Shown here: positions 1 through 6,910 of the stretch, one piece after another
Layout: each line of letters opens with the position of its first letter
How positions within the stretch are numbered: the stretch's first letter is position 1
IMG/VR virus record: IMGVR_UViG_3300002132_000024
Coordinates: 54,783 to 74,782 of that record
Length of the DNA: 20,000 nucleotides
Reading direction: 5' to 3' (one strand)
From: an uncultured virus (IMG/VR IMGVR_UViG_3300002132_000024)
Lineage: Duplodnaviria > Heunggongvirae > Uroviricota > Caudoviricetes
The notes under the pieces: model-generated
What the model was told of the DNA's origin: nothing
What the model saw: only the letters and a program-made list of their open reading frames with translations
The model's database searches: none
Program-made: the position numbers and the translations under genes

Positions 1-387
1 TAACTTCTTTGGCATCTTGATTTTGATCATCCAAACTTTCTTGTGATCAATCTTTCCTTTTTTAGTGCCAGGACGTATGTCTTCTGGCTTCTTAATTTTC
101 CTTACAACTGACAACATGTCTTCAGCGACTTGTACTTTACATCCGTATTCTAATAGACGCTGACCACCTTTGGGTTCAGGCATCTTATCTTCAGGCCACA
201 TAAAAGTACATTCAACAAAGTACCGGCTTTCGTACGGACCACTAACTAGTTCGCCGTCCAGCCAGTTATCGTAGACGTACACATCTAGTTCGTCGATAAC
301 ACGTTCGAAATCTTTGAGCAAACCTAGGCTGTTATTAGAGCCGTAAATTTGTTCGATGTTTGTAATAATATCTTTAATATCTGCCAT
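1..387 (-). CDS. Hypothetical phage protein, runs off the left edge of the window (3' end missing)
   Basis: Not in the ORF track. Read manually: ATG at 387-385 and an open frame to base 1 (MADIKDIITNIEQIYGSNNSLGLLKDFERVIDELDVYVYDNWLDGELVSGP...FMWPEDKMPEPKGGQRLLEYGC...KMPKKL). A GGAG SD and an ATAAATA box lie upstream. Confidence 0.85.
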   Translation of the reverse strand, partial: MADIKDIITNIEQIYGSNNSLGLLKDFERVIDELDVYVYDNWLDGELVSGPYESRYFVECTFMWPEDKMPEPKGGQRLLEYGCKVQVAEDMLSVVRKIKKPEDIRPGTKKGKIDHKKVWMIKIKMPKKL

Positions 388-403
388 GATTAATCTCCAT
401 TTG

Positions 404-410
404 TATTTAT
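404..410 (-). promoter_or_regulatory. TAAATA box (T4 late-promoter-like)
   Basis: The - strand reads ATAAATA-caaatGGAGattaatcATG; it resembles the T4 late consensus TATAAATA. Confidence 0.6.
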
Positions 411-453
411 CGCGGAAATTTAAACATAACATATATCATTTCCTCTAGACTGT

Positions 454-459
454 TAAATA
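454..459 (+). promoter_or_regulatory. TAAATA box upstream of phoH
   Basis: gtTAAATAc is intergenic, divergent from the 404-410 box, and sits directly before the phoH leader hairpin. Confidence 0.6.
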
Positions 460-461
460 CA

Positions 462-513
462 GTTGTGTTCGGGTATCGGACACTAGTGAACTTAGGGTCC
501 GATCCAGCACAAT
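462..513 (+). promoter_or_regulatory. Long stem-loop in the phoH 5' UTR
   Basis: TTGTGTT(463-469)/AGCACAA(506-512), GG(472-473)/CC(504-505), ATCGGAC(475-481)/GTCCGAT(497-503) and CTA(483-485)/TAG(493-495) pair. The stem ends just before the SD AGGAGG (517-522). Confidence 0.65.
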
Positions 514-533
514 ACTAGGAGGGAAAGCCTTAT

Positions 534-1274
534 ATGAAGCGAAAAAGAGCGCAAGTGCAGCGAAAAGAGCAATATGACCCACGTTTTGACAGCAACGTTA
601 TAAATATTGACCGCAGATTGAACGATAAAAGAAAACGAGTTCAAATCTATCCTAAGAATTTAAGTCAAGAGACTTACTTATTCAAACTGAATGATCCCAA
701 TAAAATGATAGTATTTGCAATAGGGCCCGCGGGTACCGGCAAAACCATGTTGGCTGTTCAGTGGGCAGTGGATCAATTAAAGAGTGGCGCAGCTGAAAAA
801 ATCATCATAACGCGACCAGCTGTATCAGTAGACGAGGAACACGGTTTCCTACCAGGCGACTTAAATGAAAAGATGGCGCCATGGACGAGACCAATTTTTG
901 ATGTACTCGCCGAAAACTTTAATGCTAGAGAAATCGAAAACTTTGTAAGAGAAGGAGTAATCGAAACCAGTCCTTTAGCATATATGCGTGGTAGAACATT
1001 TAAAAATGCAGTAGTTATTGCAGACGAGATGCAAAACACAACACCTAGCCAGATGAAGATGTTGTTAACTCGTCTAGGAACAGACAGCAAGATGGTAGTC
1101 ACAGGAGACCTACAACAAGCTGATCGTCCTAGCAATAATGGACTGTTAGAGTTTTTAGGACTTTATCGTAATTTTGAAGGACATCAATACGTTGACCTAG
1201 TACAATTTGATGTACAGGATGTAGAACGTCATGAAGCAGTAAAGGAGATACTAGCAATCTACGGCGACACTTAA
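534..1274 (+). CDS. phoH: PhoH-family ATPase
   Basis: Walker A GPAGTGKT, ITRPAV, GFLPG, YMRGRTF, Walker B IADEMQN, LTRLG and VTGDLQQ motifs; AGGAGG SD. Confidence 0.95.
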   Translation: MKRKRAQVQRKEQYDPRFDSNVINIDRRLNDKRKRVQIYPKNLSQETYLFKLNDPNKMIVFAIGPAGTGKTMLAVQWAVDQLKSGAAEKIIITRPAVSVDEEHGFLPGDLNEKMAPWTRPIFDVLAENFNAREIENFVREGVIETSPLAYMRGRTFKNAVVIADEMQNTTPSQMKMLLTRLGTDSKMVVTGDLQQADRPSNNGLLEFLGLYRNFEGHQYVDLVQFDVQDVERHEAVKEILAIYGDT

Positions 1275-1513
1275 TCTTTAGGGAGATGGGGGGTCAACCG
1301 ATCCCCTATCATCCGCTTGTAAAATTCGAGCATATCCTCATAGCCAGCATTGGGGTTAAGTAAGTTTTTAACACATTTCTTTTCTTTGAAGTCTAAGATG
1401 ACCTTGGCGGTCTGAGTGTGCTTCATCTTTATGCTGTTTTTAAATTCAGTGATTTCGTCCCATTTGCCGTTGGCTTGTTGATAATAGCTAACGATCATAT
1501 ATCTTGCACTCAT
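1271..1513 (-). CDS. Hypothetical protein (80 aa)
   Basis: ATGA-coupled to the dCMP deaminase stop; convergent with phoH, sharing TTAA at 1271-1274. Confidence 0.8.
   Translation of the reverse strand: MSARYMIVSYYQQANGKWDEITEFKNSIKMKHTQTAKVILDFKEKKCVKNLLNPNAGYEDMLEFYKRMIGDRLTPHLPKD
1282..1314 (+). terminator. Strong hairpin just after the phoH stop (terminator or 3' stabiliser); no clear U-tract
   Basis: GATGGGGGGTC(1285-1295)-AACC-GATCCCCTATC(1300-1310) forms 11 bp including 2 G-U pairs, extended by GGA/TCC. The wobbles pair only on the + strand. Confidence 0.5.
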
Positions 1514-2037
1514 TCTTCTTCTTCTCCGAATTGTTTTACATTCACTCCGGACTTTTGCAAAAACGCAATACCACTAGTATCCCTATAAGCGTTCCTATAT
1601 AGAACACTGCTAATACCACTTTGGTATATAAGTTTGGCACAGTCCAAACATGGAGCATGGGTAATAAACATGCTAGCACCCAAACCACTGTTAGTAGACT
1701 TAGCCAATTTTGCAATCGCATTGCTTTCCGCATGAAGCACCTCAGGTTTAGTTTTTAGTCGATACCGGCCTTGCATTTCATTACCATCAGCATCTAAGTA
1801 AGTACCTTCGAATGGCCAACCTGTTTCGATCTCTTCAGGATCAAGCCACCCACCTGCACTGCACCATTCTACATTTTCACAATTGTTGTCCCAGCCTGCA
1901 GGCATACCATTGTAGCCGTAGCTGATTACAGTATCATCTTTGACGATAACAGCGCCTACTTGTAGTCTCTCAGCATGACTGAGTTCGGCAGTACGTCCTG
2001 CCCAGTCCATATATAATTTTACAAACTTTTCTTTCAT
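1510..2037 (-). CDS. dCMP deaminase (Zn-dependent)
   Basis: VGAVIVKD, GYNGMP, HAESNAI and APCLDC zinc motifs. Start reassigned to the ATG at 2037 (MKEKF), which overlaps the upstream TGA (ATGA). Confidence 0.93.
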   Translation of the reverse strand: MKEKFVKLYMDWAGRTAELSHAERLQVGAVIVKDDTVISYGYNGMPAGWDNNCENVEWCSAGGWLDPEEIETGWPFEGTYLDADGNEMQGRYRLKTKPEVLHAESNAIAKLAKSTNSGLGASMFITHAPCLDCAKLIYQSGISSVLYRNAYRDTSGIAFLQKSGVNVKQFGEEEE

Positions 2038-2507
2038 TCTATTTCCAACCATGTGTGGTCGCCCATATATTTTACTTGTGTTTGATAGTCGTACCAATCA
2101 GGGGGACTACTAGACCAATCAGTAGGACCTCCTAGTACTAGCCTCATCTTTTCTTTGCGAGTATCCCAAACCAACCAGTACTCTTTACCCATCACAGGCT
2201 GAAATTCATATTCAGCAGCATGTACTGCATCTGTAATATCCAATCTACGTTTAATCTGTGCAGCCTGCTTTTCTAATACACTAACAAGTTCCATGATACG
2301 ATCATATTCTTGCTGGGCATACATCCTAGCATGATTGATCATTAGATCTTTCTGCTTAGTCACAGGGACTAGGTCAAAGTTAGGGCCGCCTGCTTCGGTG
2401 GGATATTTAGATACATTCCTATTAAAAAATGGAATTAGCGTACCACCAACGTCGGCATCAAAGCTGTGTCGTCCCTTGGCTAGATTAGACTTTTTCTTAT
2501 CGGTCAT
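2034..2507 (-). CDS. DUF2452-like protein
   Basis: [10 protein letters not shown], a coiled-coil segment ([25 protein letters not shown]), [15 protein letters not shown] and a terminal DHTW, recalled as the DUF2452 pattern. ATGA-coupled. Confidence 0.65.
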   Translation of the reverse strand: MTDKKKSNLAKGRHSFDADVGGTLIPFFNRNVSKYPTEAGGPNFDLVPVTKQKDLMINHARMYAQQEYDRIMELVSVLEKQAAQIKRRLDITDAVHAAEYEFQPVMGKEYWLVWDTRKEKMRLVLGGPTDWSSSPPDWYDYQTQVKYMGDHTWLEIE

Positions 2508-2827
2508 TCTTCAAGAAGTTTAATTTTGTTAGGTACCCCATCCCACTCTGCCGCGTTAGGCAATGCATCTTTTTGTTGAGTAATAACAGGCCATTTATTG
2601 CTTAGTCTAGTATTAATATCTAACCAAAAAGCAATATCAGTATTAGCATCGTTATCGGCTACAATAGCCCCAACCGGACATTCAGGAACACATACACCGC
2701 AATCAATACACTCGTCGGGATTAATTACTAAGAAGTTAGGACCTTCGTGGAAACAGTCTACAGGACAAACACTAACACAGTCTGTATGTTTACACTTAAT
2801 ACAATTATCAGTGACTAGATATGTCAT
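2504..2827 (-). CDS. fdxA: 7Fe ferredoxin (FdxA / Azotobacter FdI type)
   Basis: [51 protein letters not shown]...WPVIT...[13 protein letters not shown] closely matches the FdI pattern. Start reassigned to the ATG at 2827 (ATGA overlap). Confidence 0.93.
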   Translation of the reverse strand: MTYLVTDNCIKCKHTDCVSVCPVDCFHEGPNFLVINPDECIDCGVCVPECPVGAIVADNDANTDIAFWLDINTRLSNKWPVITQQKDALPNAAEWDGVPNKIKLLEE

Positions 2828-3741
2828 AGAAGTTTTGCTAACCTCACTAATGTTGCTGCTAAGTTGATTTCCGGATCTGCACAAATTGTATGATCTACAA
2901 GGCCCTGCTTGATAACAAGTATAGCTTTATCTTGATTGTCATCAGTACCGAAGATTTCGATGTTGTCATACAACCAACGATAAACTTCTTCCATTTCTTC
3001 TGCACGAATTTTACCACATAGCATTTTACGTGCTTCTGTAATTTTGCCTGCCTTAAACAGCATGACCATGTCAAACTTCCAGTCAGCTGCACCCTGATCA
3101 CCTTTGCTAGGTGCCGCAAGTACGCCTTCATTGACATTTTGTTGCACAAGGTTAATGCACTTACGGAGATCTGGATATGTCACTTTAACATAGTTGTCAA
3201 GTGTATCAAGATCAAACTCTATGTTTTCTTCAACAAGAATAGTAGCAACACGGGCAGTGAATTCATTATGATCAGTTCGTTCAACGTGGAACCCTTGACA
3301 TCGACTATGGATTGCTGGAATAATCCTGTTAGGATAGTTGCATGTAAGAATGAATCTCGAAGTTGCATGATACTCTTCCATAACTCCACGCAACGCTGCC
3401 TGTGCGTTAGGACTCAAGTAATCAGCCTCGTCAAGTAGCACAACTTTAAATGGACCAAACGGAATCATCTGTACGAAGTTTGTAATCTTATCACGGACAT
3501 CTTCAACACTGTTAGTACGTGACGCATTGATTTCTAGTAAATCAAAATCTTCAATACCTAGTTCTTGAATAAGAACTTTAGCAAGGGTAGTCTTACCGAT
3601 ACCTGCACTTCCGCTTAACAACAGATGCGGAATGCTTTGATCTTTGATCCAAGTTTCAACTTGTTTACGTTGATGTGCATCTCTAAACACATATCCGTCG
3701 ACCTTCTTAGGACGGTATTTCTCTACCCATAGTTCTTTCAT
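2824..3741 (-). CDS. Clamp loader AAA+ subunit (RFC small subunit / T4 gp44-like)
   Basis: WVEKYRP (RFC box II), [36 protein letters not shown] and DLRK motifs. Confidence 0.93.
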   Translation of the reverse strand: MKELWVEKYRPKKVDGYVFRDAHQRKQVETWIKDQSIPHLLLSGSAGIGKTTLAKVLIQELGIEDFDLLEINASRTNSVEDVRDKITNFVQMIPFGPFKVVLLDEADYLSPNAQAALRGVMEEYHATSRFILTCNYPNRIIPAIHSRCQGFHVERTDHNEFTARVATILVEENIEFDLDTLDNYVKVTYPDLRKCINLVQQNVNEGVLAAPSKGDQGAADWKFDMVMLFKAGKITEARKMLCGKIRAEEMEEVYRWLYDNIEIFGTDDNQDKAILVIKQGLVDHTICADPEINLAATLVRLAKLL

Positions 3742-3980
3742 GTTAGTTCCTTAATTTTCTCATCTAGATCCCACAGGCTAACACCTGGTGGATTTGTTAT
3801 ACCAGTTGCACGAGCTTGATCAAGCAAACTTCTTAAAAATGCTGCTTCATATCGCGAAATTGGTGCAATTTCAATATGCTTCTCGCCGCGTGATTCTAGT
3901 TCGTCTAACAAGTCTTCTGTGTCAAAGTCGCTAATATCAACCTCGACTTCAACTTCTGTGTAAACAGTTTTGTATACCAT
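3738..3980 (-). CDS. Hypothetical acidic protein (80 aa)
   Basis: Start reassigned to the ATG at 3980 (TAATG overlap with the upstream stop); EVEVEVDISDFDTEDLLDELESRG. Confidence 0.75.
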   Translation of the reverse strand: MVYKTVYTEVEVEVDISDFDTEDLLDELESRGEKHIEIAPISRYEAAFLRSLLDQARATGITNPPGVSLWDLDEKIKELT

Positions 3981-4183
3981 TATACTACTTCCTCTAAAAT
4001 TCCCAACAGTTCTGCTAGGATAAGCAAACATCCACCTGCAAATACAGAGCCCCAACCAAATGCTGTTCCGGCAAATGCTACACCTGCTACAATACGTAGA
4101 GCACTCTTTACAAGACTGACATAAAAATGGCCACGGCTTGGATCTTTTGCCGCAGGTACAAATACTTTTTCTGGAATAGGCAT
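3980..4183 (-). CDS. Small membrane protein (about 2 TM segments)
   Basis: Hydrophobic stretches ALRIVAGVAFAGTAFGW and VFAGGCLLILAELLGIL; tiles with its neighbours. Confidence 0.8.
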   Translation of the reverse strand: MPIPEKVFVPAAKDPSRGHFYVSLVKSALRIVAGVAFAGTAFGWGSVFAGGCLLILAELLGILEEVV

Positions 4184-4184
4184 G

Positions 4185-4376
4185 TTATTTTAACTCCGGT
4201 AATGGTATTGACGATGTTGTATCATTATAATCGCCTGATTGCTGATATGTGCGTGTTGCAGTTTCTTTAATCAACACATCACTACGATATCGATAAGTTG
4301 TAATTTCTCTACGTACTACACCTGAAAGATCGCTTTCAAATGCTTGTGTAAATGGTCCATCATTTTGTTTCGACAT
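4185..4376 (-). CDS. Hypothetical protein (about 63 aa)
   Basis: Likely start is the ATG at 4376 (MSKQND) after a purine-rich AAGGAAAGAAG; tiles with its neighbours. Confidence 0.7.
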   Translation of the reverse strand: MSKQNDGPFTQAFESDLSGVVRREITTYRYRSDVLIKETATRTYQQSGDYNDTTSSIPLPELK

Positions 4377-4548
4377 TTTTCTTCTTTCCTTTTGCTGCAC
4401 CCCATTTTCTTTTGTACTCTACGACTTCGCTTCGTTTGTACTTAGGGTATGTTGTCACGGTACCGCCATTTTCAAAGTATGCGCTTACCTCATTCGCTAG
4501 TTTTCCCGCAGCCTCTGCTGCTTTTTTCTTGCGTTCACTTTCAATCAA
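4360..4548 (-). CDS. Small basic protein with a SutA RNAP-binding-like motif
   Basis: KKKAAEAAGKLANEVSAYFENGGTVTTYP. Probable TTG start at 4548 overlapping the end of the TagD-like gene; the alternative GTG at 4587 cannot be excluded. Confidence 0.6.
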   Translation of the reverse strand: MIESERKKKAAEAAGKLANEVSAYFENGGTVTTYPKYKRSEVVEYKRKWGAAKGKKKNVETK

Positions 4549-4963
4549 TAGCTTGCTCTCTTCCTGCCACTCGTTTACGTAAATCACTTGAACTAAATCT
4601 ATGATCTCGTTTATTGAAGTATAGTTCGATATCTCGTTTACGGCAAATGTCTTTACCAGTAAAATCTTTATCTCTATACTCCTCTCCTAATATTCTAACA
4701 TCAATATGATACATTGTCAAGATATCTTCTAGATCTTGTTCAGTACCATACGGAATAATTTCATCTACATATCCTACTGCTTTAAGTTGTGTATAACGTT
4801 CAACAATAGTTTGTATAGGAGCATTTTTATTTGCACGATCAACGGACGGATCTACTTGTAATCCGCAGATAAGATAGTCGCACTGCTCTTTTGCTTCACG
4901 CAGCATTTGTACATGCCCGGCATGAAGTAAATCAAAAGTTGATGCAGTAAATCCTACTTTCAT
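4541..4963 (-). CDS. Cytidylyltransferase, TagD-like (glycerol-3-phosphate cytidylyltransferase family)
   Basis: TFDLLHAGH (HxGH), DYLICGL, ER, VDEIIPY, LGEEY and RFSSSDLR motifs. Confidence 0.88.
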   Translation of the reverse strand: MKVGFTASTFDLLHAGHVQMLREAKEQCDYLICGLQVDPSVDRANKNAPIQTIVERYTQLKAVGYVDEIIPYGTEQDLEDILTMYHIDVRILGEEYRDKDFTGKDICRKRDIELYFNKRDHRFSSSDLRKRVAGREQAID

Positions 4964-5325
4964 TTTACAAATGGTGATAGTTCAGGAGCAGTCCAACCTT
5001 CGGGCTTAAGAACTTTACCATCTTCACGTTTACGTACTAGTCCAGTTTCCGGATCTACTTTAGCAAAGTTAGTTTTCATTACTTCGTTCCATGCCGCTTC
5101 GGCATCGAATCCGCCTGAATGAATTGCTCCAACAGTCACAACTAGAATGTCAATTAATGCATCTAATTGTTCTACACGGTCGCTTGCAACAATAGCTTCT
5201 TTTAGTTCTTCGCGCTCTTCATCAATTAGATCCAAATACATTGCGTATTGAGCATTATTGATTTCGCTTACAGATTGACCGCAGGCAGTCATAAACTTCG
5301 CTTGATCGCGAAATGGATTTGTCAT
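4960..5325 (-). CDS. MazG-like all-alpha NTP pyrophosphohydrolase (DR2231/PRA-PH-like, possible dUTPase)
   Basis: LIDEEREEL...DALID (ExxE...D), WNEVMKTNFAK and REDGKVLKPEGW; AAGGAG SD. Confidence 0.85.
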   Translation of the reverse strand: MTNPFRDQAKFMTACGQSVSEINNAQYAMYLDLIDEEREELKEAIVASDRVEQLDALIDILVVTVGAIHSGGFDAEAAWNEVMKTNFAKVDPETGLVRKREDGKVLKPEGWTAPELSPFVK

Positions 5326-5335
5326 TCGTATCTCC

Positions 5336-5575
5336 TTAAGACTTTAATATCTTAAGTATACGCTGTTGTTCTTGTTTTGTCAACCACTCTTCTTCATCAT
5401 TTCCGAAGGAAGGTGCTCGTTTTAAGGTATCGTTAATAATGGACTGAATTTGATATAGATCTTTCTTACATTCAAATGCAGTAAATCCATCGTTGTGCGG
5501 ACTGGAACATTCTCTAGCAAGTGAATGTATCTGAGAAATGATCTCAGGAATGTCCCAGCCTTTTTTAAAACCCAT
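5336..5575 (-). CDS. Hypothetical protein (79 aa)
   Basis: TAATG-coupled to the GroES-like gene. Confidence 0.8.
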   Translation of the reverse strand: MGFKKGWDIPEIISQIHSLARECSSPHNDGFTAFECKKDLYQIQSIINDTLKRAPSFGNDEEEWLTKQEQQRILKILKS

Positions 5576-5997
5576 TACCCTGTTTTAGATAAGTTGCCTG
5601 GCATGAAGTCTTCTGGATTAATATCCATACTGCTACCGTGAGTGTATTCTTTTCCGATATAAAAGTCATTGGGCTTTTCGTCGGCAACAATTATGATAGA
5701 TTTTATTTCTACTTTTTGAAACTCTTTCTCACCATCGCCGTCATCGATCTTAATCTTACGAGTCCACCGACCGTGCTCAATTAATACCCATTGCCCTACC
5801 TTAACATCAATTCCGCACTCACTGCCAACTTTATAAACTTCAGCCCAACGAGGTTTAACTCCGTGTGCTTTACCGTCATCACTGCCAACGATAATACCAC
5901 CTTTGGTAAGTTGTTCACCCATATCCATATTAATAACAAGGACATCCTTGGACATGGCACGGATTTTAACTTTTTTAGCTTCAAATGCAAAACTCAT
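5575..5997 (-). CDS. groES: GroES/Cpn10-like co-chaperonin
   Basis: IRAMSKDVLV, mobile loop EQLTKGGIIV, AEVYKVG and DVKVGQWVL, plus a C-terminal extension. Confidence 0.8.
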   Translation of the reverse strand: MSFAFEAKKVKIRAMSKDVLVINMDMGEQLTKGGIIVGSDDGKAHGVKPRWAEVYKVGSECGIDVKVGQWVLIEHGRWTRKIKIDDGDGEKEFQKVEIKSIIIVADEKPNDFYIGKEYTHGSSMDINPEDFMPGNLSKTG

Positions 5998-5999
5998 AA

Positions 6000-6227
6000 T
6001 TAACCTTTCTTGCGTGAAACAACTTCTTCTTTTGAAGCGGCTGGATTGATTGCATAAAAATCTTGCAGAACTTGTTCTCTAGTACGAGTGACTTTTCCGC
6101 CTTCGCCAATTTCGTCACCACGAGCATTAACTCTCATGTTGCCTACTGCTGGAGTTTGTTCATTACGGAGAAATAGTTTCTCCATATCGATCTCTTTTCC
6201 TCTAACACTTGTGTATGTTCTTCCCAT
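6000..6227 (-). CDS. Hypothetical protein (75 aa)
   Basis: AAGGAG SD and an upstream TAAATA box; AVGNMRVNARGDEIGEGG. Confidence 0.85.
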   Translation of the reverse strand: MGRTYTSVRGKEIDMEKLFLRNEQTPAVGNMRVNARGDEIGEGGKVTRTREQVLQDFYAINPAASKEEVVSRKKG

Positions 6228-6228
6228 T

Positions 6229-6690
6229 TTATTTCTCCTTAAAGAATTCTTCTATTGGTAAATTGTATTTAACACTGTCTACCTTGTGTACACCAATCAA
6301 GTATAACACATAACTTGCTACACTACTACCTCTGCCCACACCCCAAACTATGTTATTAGCTCTAAGGGTATCTACTACAAATTTCATTGCTAACAGCACT
6401 GGAATCATATTGTTTTTACGAAAAAGCTCTAACTCAGTAATTATCCTATTATAATTTTCTTCCGGACATACCTGGACTACTAACTCTTCGATATCCATGT
6501 TTTTATATTCGTCTGGAATAAACCAGTTGCTTGGATTGATTTTAGTTTTGGGGATTGGATAGTTTAGATGCTCGTCATGTAGTCGATTGATGTATTGACT
6601 TAAATCATCTGCAGAAACACATTCAGAAAGAATCTGAGGGCCATGTTTTATGACACCTTGTATTAGCTGCTCTGTTGTATTAGTCCACAT
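6229..6690 (-). CDS. Stand-alone fragment of DNA polymerase III alpha (DnaE; N-terminal part of the palm only)
   Basis: RIITELELFRKNNM...VVDTLRANNIVWGVGRGSSVASYVLYLIGVHKVDSVKYNLPIEEFFK aligns with the DnaE GPGRGS..GSLV.Y.L.IT..DP....L.FERF segment and ends before PD(F/I)DxD. Confidence 0.85.
   Translation of the reverse strand: MWTNTTEQLIQGVIKHGPQILSECVSADDLSQYINRLHDEHLNYPIPKTKINPSNWFIPDEYKNMDIEELVVQVCPEENYNRIITELELFRKNNMIPVLLAMKFVVDTLRANNIVWGVGRGSSVASYVLYLIGVHKVDSVKYNLPIEEFFKEK
6266..6271 (-). promoter_or_regulatory. TAAATA box inside the DnaE-fragment gene, about 40 nt before the 6227 start
   Basis: The - strand reads gtgtTAAATAca, the same tgtTAAATAca context as 454-459. Confidence 0.45.
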
Positions 6691-6910
6691 TAATCAATTG
6701 ACCCATATCACTATCTGTATCTTTCAGTCTACGAGTATGTCTTTTAGACATCTCCTCTCTGTATATTATAACAAATGTTGATAGTTGTGTCAAGAGATCT
6801 TGGTTGCCTAAACGTGCAACTGTGTGATATTTTTTGGTTAATTCTAGAAGCTTCTGCTCAACCTCTTGGTCTTTGAGATTGGACAGATCTTCTTCAAGTG
6901 GATGGAACAT
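6680..6910 (-). CDS. Hypothetical helical protein (76 aa)
   Basis: TAATG-coupled upstream; overlaps the start of the DnaE fragment. Confidence 0.8.
   Translation of the reverse strand: MFHPLEEDLSNLKDQEVEQKLLELTKKYHTVARLGNQDLLTQLSTFVIIYREEMSKRHTRRLKDTDSDMGQLINVD

Noticed and set aside
599..606. Perfect TATAAATA inside phoH
   Set aside because: It is intragenic and the upstream ATG has a strong SD; it is likely a chance match in AT-rich sequence.
2504..2827. Ferredoxin as the electron donor for making a bilin for the tail domain
   Set aside because: Characterised bilin reductases use plant-type 2Fe-2S ferredoxins, and no reductase or heme oxygenase is present in the window.
2038..4055. Longer N-termini given by the ORF track (starts at 2097, 2884 and 4055)
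   Set aside because: They overlap upstream genes extensively, whereas internal ATGs give clean ATGA/TAATG coupling and family-typical starts.
3980..4183. Small membrane protein as a holin
   Set aside because: No endolysin or spanin is nearby and the C-terminus is acidic; the function is unsupported.
6170..6227. RGKEIDME in the gene after the DnaE fragment as the missing PDIDxD motif
   Set aside because: It lacks Pro and the first Asp, shows no further DnaE similarity, and the gene has its own SD and TAAATA box.
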